DNA from: an uncultured delta proteobacterium
GTDB taxonomy: Bacteria > Myxococcota > UBA727 > VGSZ01
NCBI GenBank assembly: GCA_963775425.1
Contig: CAVZJB010000016.1
Location: forward strand, 832,001 to 896,000
Length of the DNA: 64,000 nt
Reading direction: 5' to 3'
Below, one piece after another: positions 42,669 to 51,808 of this stretch; position 1 is the stretch's first letter, and every line of letters begins with the position of its first letter. The notes under the pieces were generated by a model. It did no database searches and was not told the DNA's origin. It saw only the letters and a list, made by a program, of their open reading frames with translations. The translations under genes and the position numbers were made by a program.

Positions 42669-44954
42669 ATGACGAGCATCCCCGGCTCCCGCACCAACAA
42701 GCACGTCCGCGGACACCAGCCCGCCGGCCTCGAGGGAGAGCGCCTCGACACCGCCGGACAGGTGGGCCCGGACAAGCCCGCGACGCTCGTGTCCGCCGAC
42801 CGCGTCGTGCACGGCGGCCGGCGCATCGGCGAGATGCCGGCGCGCATGTCCGCGGCGTCGGGGACGCGCGCTTCGAGCCTGCTCGCGGTGCGCACCACCG
42901 GGGCCGGCCGCAGCGGCGACGTCATCCACGAGATCGCCACGCGCAAGGACTTCGACGCGCTGTTCGCCAAGGGCGCGTCGGTGACGGCGGGCGCGCCGTC
43001 GGAGCTCAAGTTCCTCGTCGACAGGAAGACGCACGAGATCTACTTCCTGCCGCCGAAGTACCCCTTCCACTTCGACTTCTACAAAAACGTCCTCCATGGG
43101 CCCATGGACGTCTCCGACTTCGACGCCCACGCCTACAACCGGCCCGATCGCGACTTCATCGCCGGCACCGTCACCGCCTACGACAGCTACGTGGACCCGC
43201 ACAGCGGCGACAAGGGCCAGATCTGCTTCTCCTTGTGGCCGACGGATCGCTTCGACGCCAAGCTGCTCGCCGAGGCCCACGACGCCATCGAGGGCGGGCT
43301 CTCCTTCCTGCAAAACGGCGAGCACGTCGACTTCCGCCCGGGCGGGCCCATCCAGGACAAGCTCGTCGAGGACAACAAGCGCGGCATCGAGGCGGCGGGC
43401 ATCGAGGTCAAGTCCAACCTCGATATCTCCAAAGGCCTCAAGTACATGGCGCTGTCCGACGGCGACGCCGTCGGCCGCCTCGTCGTCATCGACAAGGGCG
43501 CGGCCATGCCGGCGCTCTCGCGCAAGGACGTGGCGCTCTTCCTCGGCGACGTCCCTCCCGACGCGCCGCCGGTCGCCGCCATCTTCACGACGACGGTGCA
43601 GACGTACAACTCGCACCTCGGCATCAAGTACCGCCAGGACGACACGCCCTACTTCTACAAGTCGTTCTCCGACCAGGAGCTCAAGGACCTCAAGGCGCTC
43701 GCCGGAAAGCCCGTCAGCGTCGCCTGCGACGGCAAAGACGCCACCGTCACCGCCGCCACCGACGCGCAGGCGGCGGCGTATTTGAAGAGCATCAAGCCCA
43801 CCGGCCACATCCGGCTCACGCCCAACCTCGGCGAGAACCGCGCGCGCACCTTCGACGAGCTGTCGAAGGCGCTCGTCGGGCGAAGCGGCCGCTGGGACCA
43901 CGACGCCCTGGCGGCCTACGGCCGAAAGACCGCCGGCGTCGTCGAGCTCGCCAAGCTGCACGAGTCCGGCGCGTTCGCCGGCGCGGGCGGCGCGGGCGCG
44001 CCGACGGTGGTGGCGCCCCTGAAGCCCATGGGCATCCCCGCCAACTGGTACACGCGCTTCATCAAGACCGCCAAGGGCGACGACGGCGTCACGTTCTCCG
44101 ACCGCATCAAGCAGATGACGGCGGACCCGCGCTTCAAGGAGGACGGCGACTGGAAGCTGCAGACGCTCGCCAAGCTCCGCCATGACATCGCGCACGCCGA
44201 CATGCCCGCCGAGCTCCTGAAAGACATCCGTGAGCAGGTGGCGGCGCCGTACATCGAGGACCACCCGGGCCTCAACCGCGCGCGCATGCGCTCGTCGTCA
44301 CCGGTGGTCGAGGACGGCGGCGCCGGCAAGCTGCCCAACATGGCCGGCGCTTTCGACTCCCACGGCGCGCACTGGAAGAAGGGCCGCACCAAGAAGGACA
44401 CCCTCGACCACGCCACCAAGGCGTTCGCCGAGGGGCTGCAGAAGGACTACGCCGCCGTCTTCAACGACCGCGCCGTCTCCGAGCTGCAGTGGCACAACGT
44501 CGACCTCGACGAGGAGTCGGTCACCATGGCCGTCCTCGTCATGCCCAACCAGGAAAACGAGAAGGCGAACGGCGTCATCCGGGTGAACCAGGACCTCGCC
44601 GGCTTCTTCTCCGTCACGGGCGAGACGCAGTTCGGCGAGAACCTCGTCACCAACCCCGAACAGGGCGCGTCTCCCGACACGTTCATCGACGGCAACTACG
44701 ACGTGTTGAACGGCGCTGCCAAGCAGGACATCGAGTACGAGCGCGTGAGCAACATCCAGTCGTCGGACCCGCAGCGCGCGCACGCGCTCACCGACGACGA
44801 GATCCACGCGGTGTACGACGCGATGCACATCGTCCGCGACCACTTCGCCGCCCTCGAGGGCAAGCGCCCCGAGGAGTACGTCGACGAGTCCGAGATCAAG
44901 GTCCTCGACGACGGAAACGTCATGTTCAAGCAAGAGCGCCCCTGGGTCGAGTAG
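42669..44954 (+). CDS. PEP/pyruvate-binding (PPDK N-terminal ATP-grasp) domain protein with upstream phospho-His-like motif
   Basis: YGRKTAG, RMRSSSPVVED..MAGAFDS, GENLVTNP, ESEIK..KQERP; TTVQTYNSHLGIKYRQ resembles the swivel-domain SH motif. Confidence 0.75.
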   Translation: MTSIPGSRTNKHVRGHQPAGLEGERLDTAGQVGPDKPATLVSADRVVHGGRRIGEMPARMSAASGTRASSLLAVRTTGAGRSGDVIHEIATRKDFDALFAKGASVTAGAPSELKFLVDRKTHEIYFLPPKYPFHFDFYKNVLHGPMDVSDFDAHAYNRPDRDFIAGTVTAYDSYVDPHSGDKGQICFSLWPTDRFDAKLLAEAHDAIEGGLSFLQNGEHVDFRPGGPIQDKLVEDNKRGIEAAGIEVKSNLDISKGLKYMALSDGDAVGRLVVIDKGAAMPALSRKDVALFLGDVPPDAPPVAAIFTTTVQTYNSHLGIKYRQDDTPYFYKSFSDQELKDLKALAGKPVSVACDGKDATVTAATDAQAAAYLKSIKPTGHIRLTPNLGENRARTFDELSKALVGRSGRWDHDALAAYGRKTAGVVELAKLHESGAFAGAGGAGAPTVVAPLKPMGIPANWYTRFIKTAKGDDGVTFSDRIKQMTADPRFKEDGDWKLQTLAKLRHDIAHADMPAELLKDIREQVAAPYIEDHPGLNRARMRSSSPVVEDGGAGKLPNMAGAFDSHGAHWKKGRTKKDTLDHATKAFAEGLQKDYAAVFNDRAVSELQWHNVDLDEESVTMAVLVMPNQENEKANGVIRVNQDLAGFFSVTGETQFGENLVTNPEQGASPDTFIDGNYDVLNGAAKQDIEYERVSNIQSSDPQRAHALTDDEIHAVYDAMHIVRDHFAALEGKRPEEYVDESEIKVLDDGNVMFKQERPWVE

Positions 44955-45001
44955 GGCGGGGGCGTGCCCCCCGCGTCGCAGGGCGGGGGCTCGCCCCCCG
45001 C
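44951..45001 (+). repeat. Two tandem GTAG-type REP copies
   Basis: GTAGGGCGGGGGCGTGCCCCCCGC and GCAGGGCGGGGGCTCGCCCCCCGC, 27-bp period. Confidence 0.85.
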
Positions 45002-45014
45002 GTCGGAGGAAACG

Positions 45015-46478
45015 ATGCCCGTGAACAACGTCGGAGACGTCCTCGCCACCGCGGTGATGCGCGAGCGCGCCGGTGAGCCCGAGACCAAGGCCGCGCAGGA
45101 CGCCATCGCCGACATCCTCGCCCACGGCGTGACGCGCGAAGAGCGCACCGAGGTCGCGCAGATGCTGCACAACCTCGAGGGCACGCCGCACGCGGGCCTC
45201 GCCCGCCGCATCTTCGACGGCGTCGCCCACGGCGCCGACGCGGGCCCGTTCGAGGAGCTCAAAGACAAGCTCACGGGCCCGGAGCCGGAGGGCGGGACGC
45301 CGTCGGTCACGTGGCGCGAGGAGGTCCCCACGGCCCCGCAGCAAAAGGCATGGAACGCGGTCATCACCCAGACCCAGCTCGAGCTGTCCGGGATCAACAA
45401 GACCGTCGGGCGCGGCTTTCACCAAAAGCAGATCTTCGGCGGCGCCGCCCGCATGAAGGTGAACCCGTCGCTGCCCAAGGAGGCGCAGATCCCGCCGTTT
45501 TGGGACGCCAACGCCGGCAAGCCGGTGGACCTGGCGGGGGTGGTGCGGATGTCCAACGGCCAGGGCTGCCCGTTCAAGGACGCCGGCCCCGACGTGCGCG
45601 GCCTCGCCGTGAAGCTCGTCGATCCGAACGGCAAGGGCTGGGACATCCTCTCCACCAACCGCCAGACCTTCGCCGAGGACGTCCCGCAGTTCATCGGCTT
45701 CACCAAGGCCAGCAAGGAGGCCAACCTGCGCGGCAACTCCGTCGTCGGCGAGCTCAAGCAGGCGGTGGTGCTCACCGAGGAGATCGGGCCCGTGCAGGCC
45801 ACGCGCATCTCCACGCAGCTCGCCAAGGACACCGTGCTCAAGCACGTCAACGGCCTCGCCACCGAGAGCTTCGACGGCGGCACGTTCAAGACGCCCGACG
45901 GACACCTCGCCAAGGTGTTGTTCACGCCGGTGCCCGGCGCCGTCGACTGCATGACGCGTCACGACGTCGAGAGGGACGAAAACGGGCTCACCACGGAGCT
46001 GTATCGCCACTTCGAGAGCGGTCCGGTGAAATTCCGCGTGCAGCTCAAGATCTTCTGCGGCAAGGGCGACGAGCTGAAGGCCAACGACCGCTGGGAGCCG
46101 TCCAGGATCATCGACGTCGGCGAGCTGTCCATCCCGCCGCCGGACAAGGCCGTCGATCAGAAGGTCCAGACCCTGGTGAACGGCATGCGCTTCAACCCGG
46201 GCACCGGCTTTCAGCCCGCCGGACAGATGACGCACGCGCGCGGGGCGCAGCCGGGCAAAAACGGCGACTACCTCGTCGACGGCATCTACAAAAAGAGCGC
46301 CGACAACCGCCTCGCCCTCGACGACACCCCCGCCGTGCTCTCCGTCGCCCGCGGCCTCGGCAACGGCGACGTCGACGCCGCCGTGTTTGGCGGCCTCGTC
46401 GCCGAGGTCGAAAAGCGCAACGCGCAGATGGCCGAGGAGGTCGAGGACGGCACCGTCGCCAAGCGGCTCGCGTCGTGA
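45015..46478 (+). CDS. Catalase-related heme protein with N-terminal helical extension
   Basis: RGFHQK (distal His), RMSNG..DAGPDVRGLAVK, DILSTN, FNPG, IYKKSADNR (proximal Tyr); GGAGG RBS. Confidence 0.8.
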   Translation: MPVNNVGDVLATAVMRERAGEPETKAAQDAIADILAHGVTREERTEVAQMLHNLEGTPHAGLARRIFDGVAHGADAGPFEELKDKLTGPEPEGGTPSVTWREEVPTAPQQKAWNAVITQTQLELSGINKTVGRGFHQKQIFGGAARMKVNPSLPKEAQIPPFWDANAGKPVDLAGVVRMSNGQGCPFKDAGPDVRGLAVKLVDPNGKGWDILSTNRQTFAEDVPQFIGFTKASKEANLRGNSVVGELKQAVVLTEEIGPVQATRISTQLAKDTVLKHVNGLATESFDGGTFKTPDGHLAKVLFTPVPGAVDCMTRHDVERDENGLTTELYRHFESGPVKFRVQLKIFCGKGDELKANDRWEPSRIIDVGELSIPPPDKAVDQKVQTLVNGMRFNPGTGFQPAGQMTHARGAQPGKNGDYLVDGIYKKSADNRLALDDTPAVLSVARGLGNGDVDAAVFGGLVAEVEKRNAQMAEEVEDGTVAKRLAS

Positions 46479-46521
46479 CGGAGCTCTCCGCGTGGGCCGC
46501 GGCGCGCGCGGCGGCCTGCCG

Positions 46522-46929
46522 GTGAGCGGCGCCCTGTCCCCGCTCGCCGAGGCGCTCTTGCGGCCGCTCCTCGACGGGCGCGCGGAGCCCGCGCTCACCG
46601 ATGACGAGCTCATGTCGCTCGCGGAGCGCGCGCAGCACCTCGCCGGCAACCAGGAGCTCGCGCACGAGCTCCTCGCCGTCGCGCGAAAGCTCGACGCCGC
46701 CGGCGCCGGCGTCGCCCGCGACCAGGCCATCGTCGTCGCGGCCGTCGTCCTCGAGGACGTGGAGCTCAACGGCGCGCTGTGCCGGAGGCTCTACGCGGGC
46801 AAGCGCAGCCTCGACAACGTCACCGGCCACCCCGAGGTCCGCCACGGCCCCGCGGCGCCGCCCGACCCCGCCCGCTCGGCCCTGTCCGCGCGGCTCGCCG
46901 CCCTGGCCGGCGTCGACCGAAAGCCCTGA
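46522..46929 (+). CDS. Small helical hypothetical protein, paralog of 50081..50365
   Basis: LTDDELMSLAERAQ..LLAVARKL..GAG..AAVVLEDVELN. Confidence 0.7.
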   Translation: MSGALSPLAEALLRPLLDGRAEPALTDDELMSLAERAQHLAGNQELAHELLAVARKLDAAGAGVARDQAIVVAAVVLEDVELNGALCRRLYAGKRSLDNVTGHPEVRHGPAAPPDPARSALSARLAALAGVDRKP

Positions 46930-46994
46930 GTGCGTGCGACGGTCACGCCCGCTGCGCCGCGGCCGGCGGTAGACTCCGGGTCCCGAGGTTCCCC

Positions 46995-49900
46995 ATGGCC
47001 ACCAGCATCAACAACAAGCAGGCCACCGCCCTCCCGCACATCAAAAAGCCGGACGTGTCGAGAGCCGGGCTCTCTAAAGTGGGGGCGCTCGTCGACAGCG
47101 GCGCCACCGACGAGGTGCGCGCCGAGAGCCGGATCGAGGGCACGGTCCCCCTGCAAAAGGCGCAGGCGTCGGCGCAGCTCCAGAAGGTCAGCGCCACGCG
47201 GATCCTGAAGCCGCCGCCGTTCGACCCCAAGCAGCCCGCGGACGCGCAGCTCATCGTCGCCGGCGCCGGCATCGGCGGCGGACCGATCTCGCGCCTCGCC
47301 GAGCAGGGCTTTCAGGTGAAGTTCCTCGAGGGCGGGCCCGCGCAGCGGGACTGGTTCGACGACGTGCCGCTGCTGCACGCCAAGGCATCGGACACCTCCT
47401 TCAACGTCGACGGCTATTCGCCGCCCATGGCGCTGCTCGCGTACTTCGTCGACCACTACGAAGCCCAACAGAAGAACCTCGACCTCAAGTTCCACGACGA
47501 GCTCGGCGGCATCCTCTACCCGCGCGGCCAGGGCCCCGGCGGCTCCGGCAACGTCAACGCCAACGTCGCCGTCGCGCCCGACAAGAAGTCGTGCGAAGGC
47601 CTCTTCGTCCAGTCGGGCAAGGACCCGCGCTTCTCGCCGGCCAGCCTGCAGAAGTACTTCGCGCGCGCGCAGGACACGGGGCCGCTGTTCTCGTTCCTCG
47701 AGACCGTCGGCCACGTCGCCAAGGCGCTGCAGGACAAGGGCCTCAAGCGCGAGGACTTCGCGCGCCTCACCGAGCCCGGCGGCTGGCAGCAGATCACCCA
47801 CGCCGTCGACCACCTGCGCCTGAAGGACCTCACCGGCGACCCGCAGCTCAGGGACATCACGCTGCACATCCTCGCGTACACGGCCAAGAAGCACAGCTTC
47901 GCCGACACGCTCATCCGCGTGATGACCCTGTTCGACTCCAACAACGAGCTGAACTTCGGGCGCGAGGGCTTCACCAACATGCCCATCTCCGTCGGCAAGG
48001 ACGGGCGGCGCTCGTCGGTGGTCGACCGCCTCAAGGCGGTGTTGCAGACGCGGCCGGACACCATGAGCCTCGAGTGCGAGACCAAGGTGCATAGCCTCAT
48101 CTTCAACAAGGAGGGCACCCGCGTCGAAGGCATGCGCGTGTTGAAGCCGGCCAAGGCGGTCCTCGAGCAACGGCAGCTCATCTACGCCCTGCAGGAGAAC
48201 CTGCCCAACATCCCGGCAGACAAGGTCGAGGACTACAACGCCCGCATCGGGCGCGAGATCGACAAGCTCAAGGAGCTCGAGGCCAACACGCCGCCGGAGA
48301 TGGAGATCAAACGCTCCACCAACGGCTACGTGCTCTCGGCGGGGACGTTCGAGGACCCCAACATCCTCATCCGCTCGGGCTACGGCCCCAAGGACGTCCT
48401 CGAGCGCCTCGGCATCCCGCCGGTGGGCGGCGCGTATCACGAGGCGGTGGGCAGGAACCTGAAGGACCGCCGCGAGATCACGGTGATGTACCACGCCAAG
48501 GACAAGTTCGCGCTCATCGACGGGCTCGGCCTCGGCAAGAACCCCCACAACGACGACGCCATGAAGGTCTGGGAGAAGTCCGGCCGCGGCCCCTACGCCA
48601 CCAACGGCGTCGTCTGCTCCTACCAGTTCAAGAGCGACCCTTCGCAGCCCGAGGCGGACATCTTCGCCTTCTTCGTGCCCGGTCCCTTCCGCGGCTACGA
48701 CACCGGCTACGCCGTCGACGCGACGAAGTATCCGCAGACGTTCACCGCGGTGCTTCTCGACAAGAACGGCAACCTCGTCTCCGACGACACCAAGCGGCTG
48801 ATGACGTCCGGCGAATTCGAGGAGCTGCGCGACAGGCTGGGCACCGTTCAGCCCGACCCCGAAGACCCCATGAAGTCTTCCATCAACTTCAACTACCAGC
48901 GGCCCAAGCCAGGCGAGAACCCGCCGCTGTACTCGGCCATGCTGCGCATGAAGGACCTGTTCAAGGGGCAGGACGTCCTCACCGAGCTGGTCCCCGGGGA
49001 CCCCTTCGACACGGCGCCCACCTCCAGCAAGGCGGACCTCATCCGCTTCGTCGAGAGCACCGACCTGTTCCCCAAGTACCCGGCCGACGATCTGCGCTCC
49101 GCCGAGGACTGGTTCCGCCAGATGGACGTGCCGCTGTTCGACAAGGACGGCAAAGAGCACAAGCTCACGCTGGTGCGCACGCCCCTGCCCGGCCAGGAGG
49201 GCGCGGAGAAGCCCGAGCTGTCCACGCGCGCCAAGCTCCTCGTCGACGGGAAGCCTGCGAGCGACAAGGCGCTCGCGGGGCTCTCGCTCGTCACGGGCAA
49301 GCCGCTGTCGGCGGCGGGGATGAAGGAGGCGCTGCAGCGCGGGTTCCTGATCGAATTCCAGGCTTCGCAGTCCTGGGGCCACCACGCCAACGGCACCTGC
49401 TCCATGGGGCCCGACGCGCAGAACAACGTCATCGGCTCGGACTTCCGCGTGCACGGCGTCGAGAACCTGTGGGTGGCGTCGGCGTCGTCGACGCCGGCGG
49501 CGGTGAATCCGGGCACCTTCATCCAGCTCTACGTCGCCGCGGCGGTGGGCGAAGCGGCCGGCGACGCCATCGGCGAACAGATGCGCGCCAACGAGAACCA
49601 CCTCGGGCGCATGTCGCCCCTGGCCACGCGCCTGCCGGCGGAGCAATCCAAGAAGAACACCCTCGGCGAGAACCTGCTCATCGCCATCGACCGGGCCCGC
49701 GGCCACGTCGGCGACTCCCAGGGCGTGCTCACGGGCGAAGCGGTGACGCAGCTCCTTGCCATGCAGAAGCAGCGCGGCTTCTCCAAGGACGACGTCGCCC
49801 TCGCGGAGAAGGTCTACGACCGCGCGGAGAAGCGCGAGGACAAAAACGCGCCCGTGTTGAAGGTGCTCGCCGGCGAGGTCCGCAAGATGAGGAAGGACCA

Positions 49901-50084
49901 GGGCTTCCTCCTCGACATCAAGGCGGCCCTGCGCCGCAACGGCGATCACCTCACGAGCGATCAGGTGCTGCGCGTCCTGCGCGAGGTCGGTCTTCGCGAA
50001 GACGAGATCGCGAAGACCACCGGCGCGCCGCCCGACGCCGGCGGCTCGGCCGACTGGGGTGCCGGCGGCGGGGTTGGATCATGA
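46995..50084 (+). CDS. GMC oxidoreductase with N- and C-terminal extensions
   Basis: VAGAGIGG FAD motif, YPRGQGPGGSGNVNA, LSAG..PNILIRSGYGP, VGRNLKDR, WGHHANGTCSMG, FRVHGVENLWVA. Confidence 0.9.
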   Translation: MATSINNKQATALPHIKKPDVSRAGLSKVGALVDSGATDEVRAESRIEGTVPLQKAQASAQLQKVSATRILKPPPFDPKQPADAQLIVAGAGIGGGPISRLAEQGFQVKFLEGGPAQRDWFDDVPLLHAKASDTSFNVDGYSPPMALLAYFVDHYEAQQKNLDLKFHDELGGILYPRGQGPGGSGNVNANVAVAPDKKSCEGLFVQSGKDPRFSPASLQKYFARAQDTGPLFSFLETVGHVAKALQDKGLKREDFARLTEPGGWQQITHAVDHLRLKDLTGDPQLRDITLHILAYTAKKHSFADTLIRVMTLFDSNNELNFGREGFTNMPISVGKDGRRSSVVDRLKAVLQTRPDTMSLECETKVHSLIFNKEGTRVEGMRVLKPAKAVLEQRQLIYALQENLPNIPADKVEDYNARIGREIDKLKELEANTPPEMEIKRSTNGYVLSAGTFEDPNILIRSGYGPKDVLERLGIPPVGGAYHEAVGRNLKDRREITVMYHAKDKFALIDGLGLGKNPHNDDAMKVWEKSGRGPYATNGVVCSYQFKSDPSQPEADIFAFFVPGPFRGYDTGYAVDATKYPQTFTAVLLDKNGNLVSDDTKRLMTSGEFEELRDRLGTVQPDPEDPMKSSINFNYQRPKPGENPPLYSAMLRMKDLFKGQDVLTELVPGDPFDTAPTSSKADLIRFVESTDLFPKYPADDLRSAEDWFRQMDVPLFDKDGKEHKLTLVRTPLPGQEGAEKPELSTRAKLLVDGKPASDKALAGLSLVTGKPLSAAGMKEALQRGFLIEFQASQSWGHHANGTCSMGPDAQNNVIGSDFRVHGVENLWVASASSTPAAVNPGTFIQLYVAAAVGEAAGDAIGEQMRANENHLGRMSPLATRLPAEQSKKNTLGENLLIAIDRARGHVGDSQGVLTGEAVTQLLAMQKQRGFSKDDVALAEKVYDRAEKREDKNAPVLKVLAGEVRKMRKDQGFLLDIKAALRRNGDHLTSDQVLRVLREVGLREDEIAKTTGAPPDAGGSADWGAGGGVGS

Positions 50085-50365
50085 ACAGCGACGACGTCAA
50101 CGCCATCGCCACCGAGGTCCTCGAGCGCTGCGCCCTCGCCGACGGCAAGCTCACGCTCGCTGACGGCGAGTTCGCCGCGTTCGGCAAGCGCATCCAGCAA
50201 GCCGACGACAAGAAGGCCTGGGGCACCGCGATGATCGCGCTCGCCAACCGCCTGCGCGGCGTCCCCGGCGCGGGCCCCGCCGCCGAGCGCGCCCTCGCCC
50301 TCGCCGCCGTCGCCCTCGGCGACGCCGAGCTCAACCGCCTCGTCAGCCGCGAGAACGCTCCTTGA
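50081..50365 (+). CDS. Small helical hypothetical protein, paralog of 46522..46929
   Basis: ATGA overlap with GMC stop; LADGEFAAFGKRIQ..MIALANRL..GAG..AAVALGDAELN. Confidence 0.75.
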   Translation: MNSDDVNAIATEVLERCALADGKLTLADGEFAAFGKRIQQADDKKAWGTAMIALANRLRGVPGAGPAAERALALAAVALGDAELNRLVSRENAP

Positions 50366-51192
50366 CCGTGCCGGCGCGGCGCTCTTTGGCCTCGCTTGAC
50401 GCCTACACGGTGGACTTCGCGCTCGACGGCCCCGGCAGCCTCGACCCCGGCGGCAGCGTGTCCACCCTCGATGGCCAGGCGTGCACCGGCTACGCGGCGC
50501 CCGATCCCTATCCCGCAGCAGGCGGCGAGGCCACGGTGCTCGCCGCGCTCGACGACGGCGTCGGCGCGGTGAGCGGCAGCGCGCAGATCGCGCTGCAGCC
50601 GACGTCGGGCGCCGCCGTGTGGAGCGGCACGCTCGAGGTGCACGAGGCGTGCACCATCACCACCATCGGCGAGAGCGGCCACCAGTGCGACGGCGCCTCC
50701 GTGCAGTGCGACCCGCGCGTCGACGAGGACGGCGTGAACGTGACCGTGGCGCTGCAGCTCGCGCGCGATGACGCGGGCACGTTCACCGCCACCGTCCAGA
50801 GCCTCGCCGAGGACCACCTCTTCGAGCTGACGTTCTGCGATCACCTCTTCTCGCACGAGGACGGGACCTCGACGGGCGTCGTCGACCAGGCCCTCGTCTC
50901 CGACGAAGGCGATGGGCTCGTGGTGACCATCTTCACCGAGGACGACATCCATACCGACGGCGGCGACGTCGACATCTGCACGCCGCGCAACCACACCGAC
51001 ACCAGCGCCCAACAGCAGCTCAGGCTCGCGCTCGTCGCCGACCCGCCGGGCGCGCCCGTGCCGACGCGCTTCGTGCTCGCCGATCCCCAGCCCGACATCG
51101 ACTCGTGCGTCGACGTGGACAACCCCAAGGACTCGGCTGTGGACACCTACGAGGGCGGCGTCACCCTCACCGGCGCGCTCACGCGCCCGTAG
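50362..51192 (+). CDS. Acidic beta-rich hypothetical protein with several Cys
   Basis: Coding-like codon bias; TTGA overlap with upstream gene; start uncertain. Confidence 0.6.
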   Translation: MTVPARRSLASLDAYTVDFALDGPGSLDPGGSVSTLDGQACTGYAAPDPYPAAGGEATVLAALDDGVGAVSGSAQIALQPTSGAAVWSGTLEVHEACTITTIGESGHQCDGASVQCDPRVDEDGVNVTVALQLARDDAGTFTATVQSLAEDHLFELTFCDHLFSHEDGTSTGVVDQALVSDEGDGLVVTIFTEDDIHTDGGDVDICTPRNHTDTSAQQQLRLALVADPPGAPVPTRFVLADPQPDIDSCVDVDNPKDSAVDTYEGGVTLTGALTRP

Positions 51193-51196
51193 GTGC

Positions 51197-51751
51197 TCAC
51201 CCCAACCAGCCGCGGATCTCGCCGTGCGGCTGCGGGATGAGCTCGATGCCGACGACGCGGTCTTCGCGCGCGCCGTCCTTCACGGCGTCGAGGGCGGCGG
51301 CGACGTCGGCGAGCGCGCCGGCGAGCGTGAACCAGCCCTTGCCGCCGACGCCGACGGCGAGGTGCATGCGCAGCACGGCGACGTCGACGGCCTTGAGCGC
51401 GGTGTCGGCGGCGAGCACCGCCGCGGCAGCCGTGCTCATCTCCACGATCCCGACGGCGTCGCCGGGCGCGGGCGCCACGGCCTGATCGATCGCGGGCAGG
51501 AGCTGCGGGTGCGCGCCGGGGAGGAACAGCTCGTCGACGAGGTCGGAGCCGGCGACCTCGAGGGCGACGGCGTGCGACTCGCGCGTGGCCTCGACGTCAC
51601 CCCCGAAGATCACGAGGAGCTTCCCGGGCGTGACCGGCTTCGCGTGCTTCACCGTCACCGGCGCCTTCTTCACGAGCGCGTCGAGCATGACGAGGCCGCG
51701 GGCGATGGACCCGGTCTCGACGACGGCGACGGCTTCGAGCGAAGAGCGCAT
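51197..51751 (-). CDS. Tandem-domain BMC shell protein (BMC-T)
   Basis: VETGSIARGLVMLDALVKKAPV..PGK..GDVEA and VGIVE..AADTALKAVDV..GVGGKG..IPQPH. Confidence 0.92.
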   Translation of the reverse strand: MRSSLEAVAVVETGSIARGLVMLDALVKKAPVTVKHAKPVTPGKLLVIFGGDVEATRESHAVALEVAGSDLVDELFLPGAHPQLLPAIDQAVAPAPGDAVGIVEMSTAAAAVLAADTALKAVDVAVLRMHLAVGVGGKGWFTLAGALADVAAALDAVKDGAREDRVVGIELIPQPHGEIRGWLG

Positions 51752-51808
51752 CGACCTTCCATGACGTCCGCGGGAGCGCCGATACACGGGCGCCCTACCC
51801 GTCGCCGG

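Noticed and set aside
42669-44954. Calling the gene ppsA/ppdK or rifampin phosphotransferase
   Set aside because: No C-terminal PEP-binding barrel or C-terminal His domain; domain order differs
46791-49949. 1052-aa minus-strand ORF and similar long antisense ORFs (758..2104, 7705..10200, 17805..19811, 44298..46769)
   Set aside because: They mirror well-supported plus-strand genes and have no motifs; expected from GC-rich codon usage
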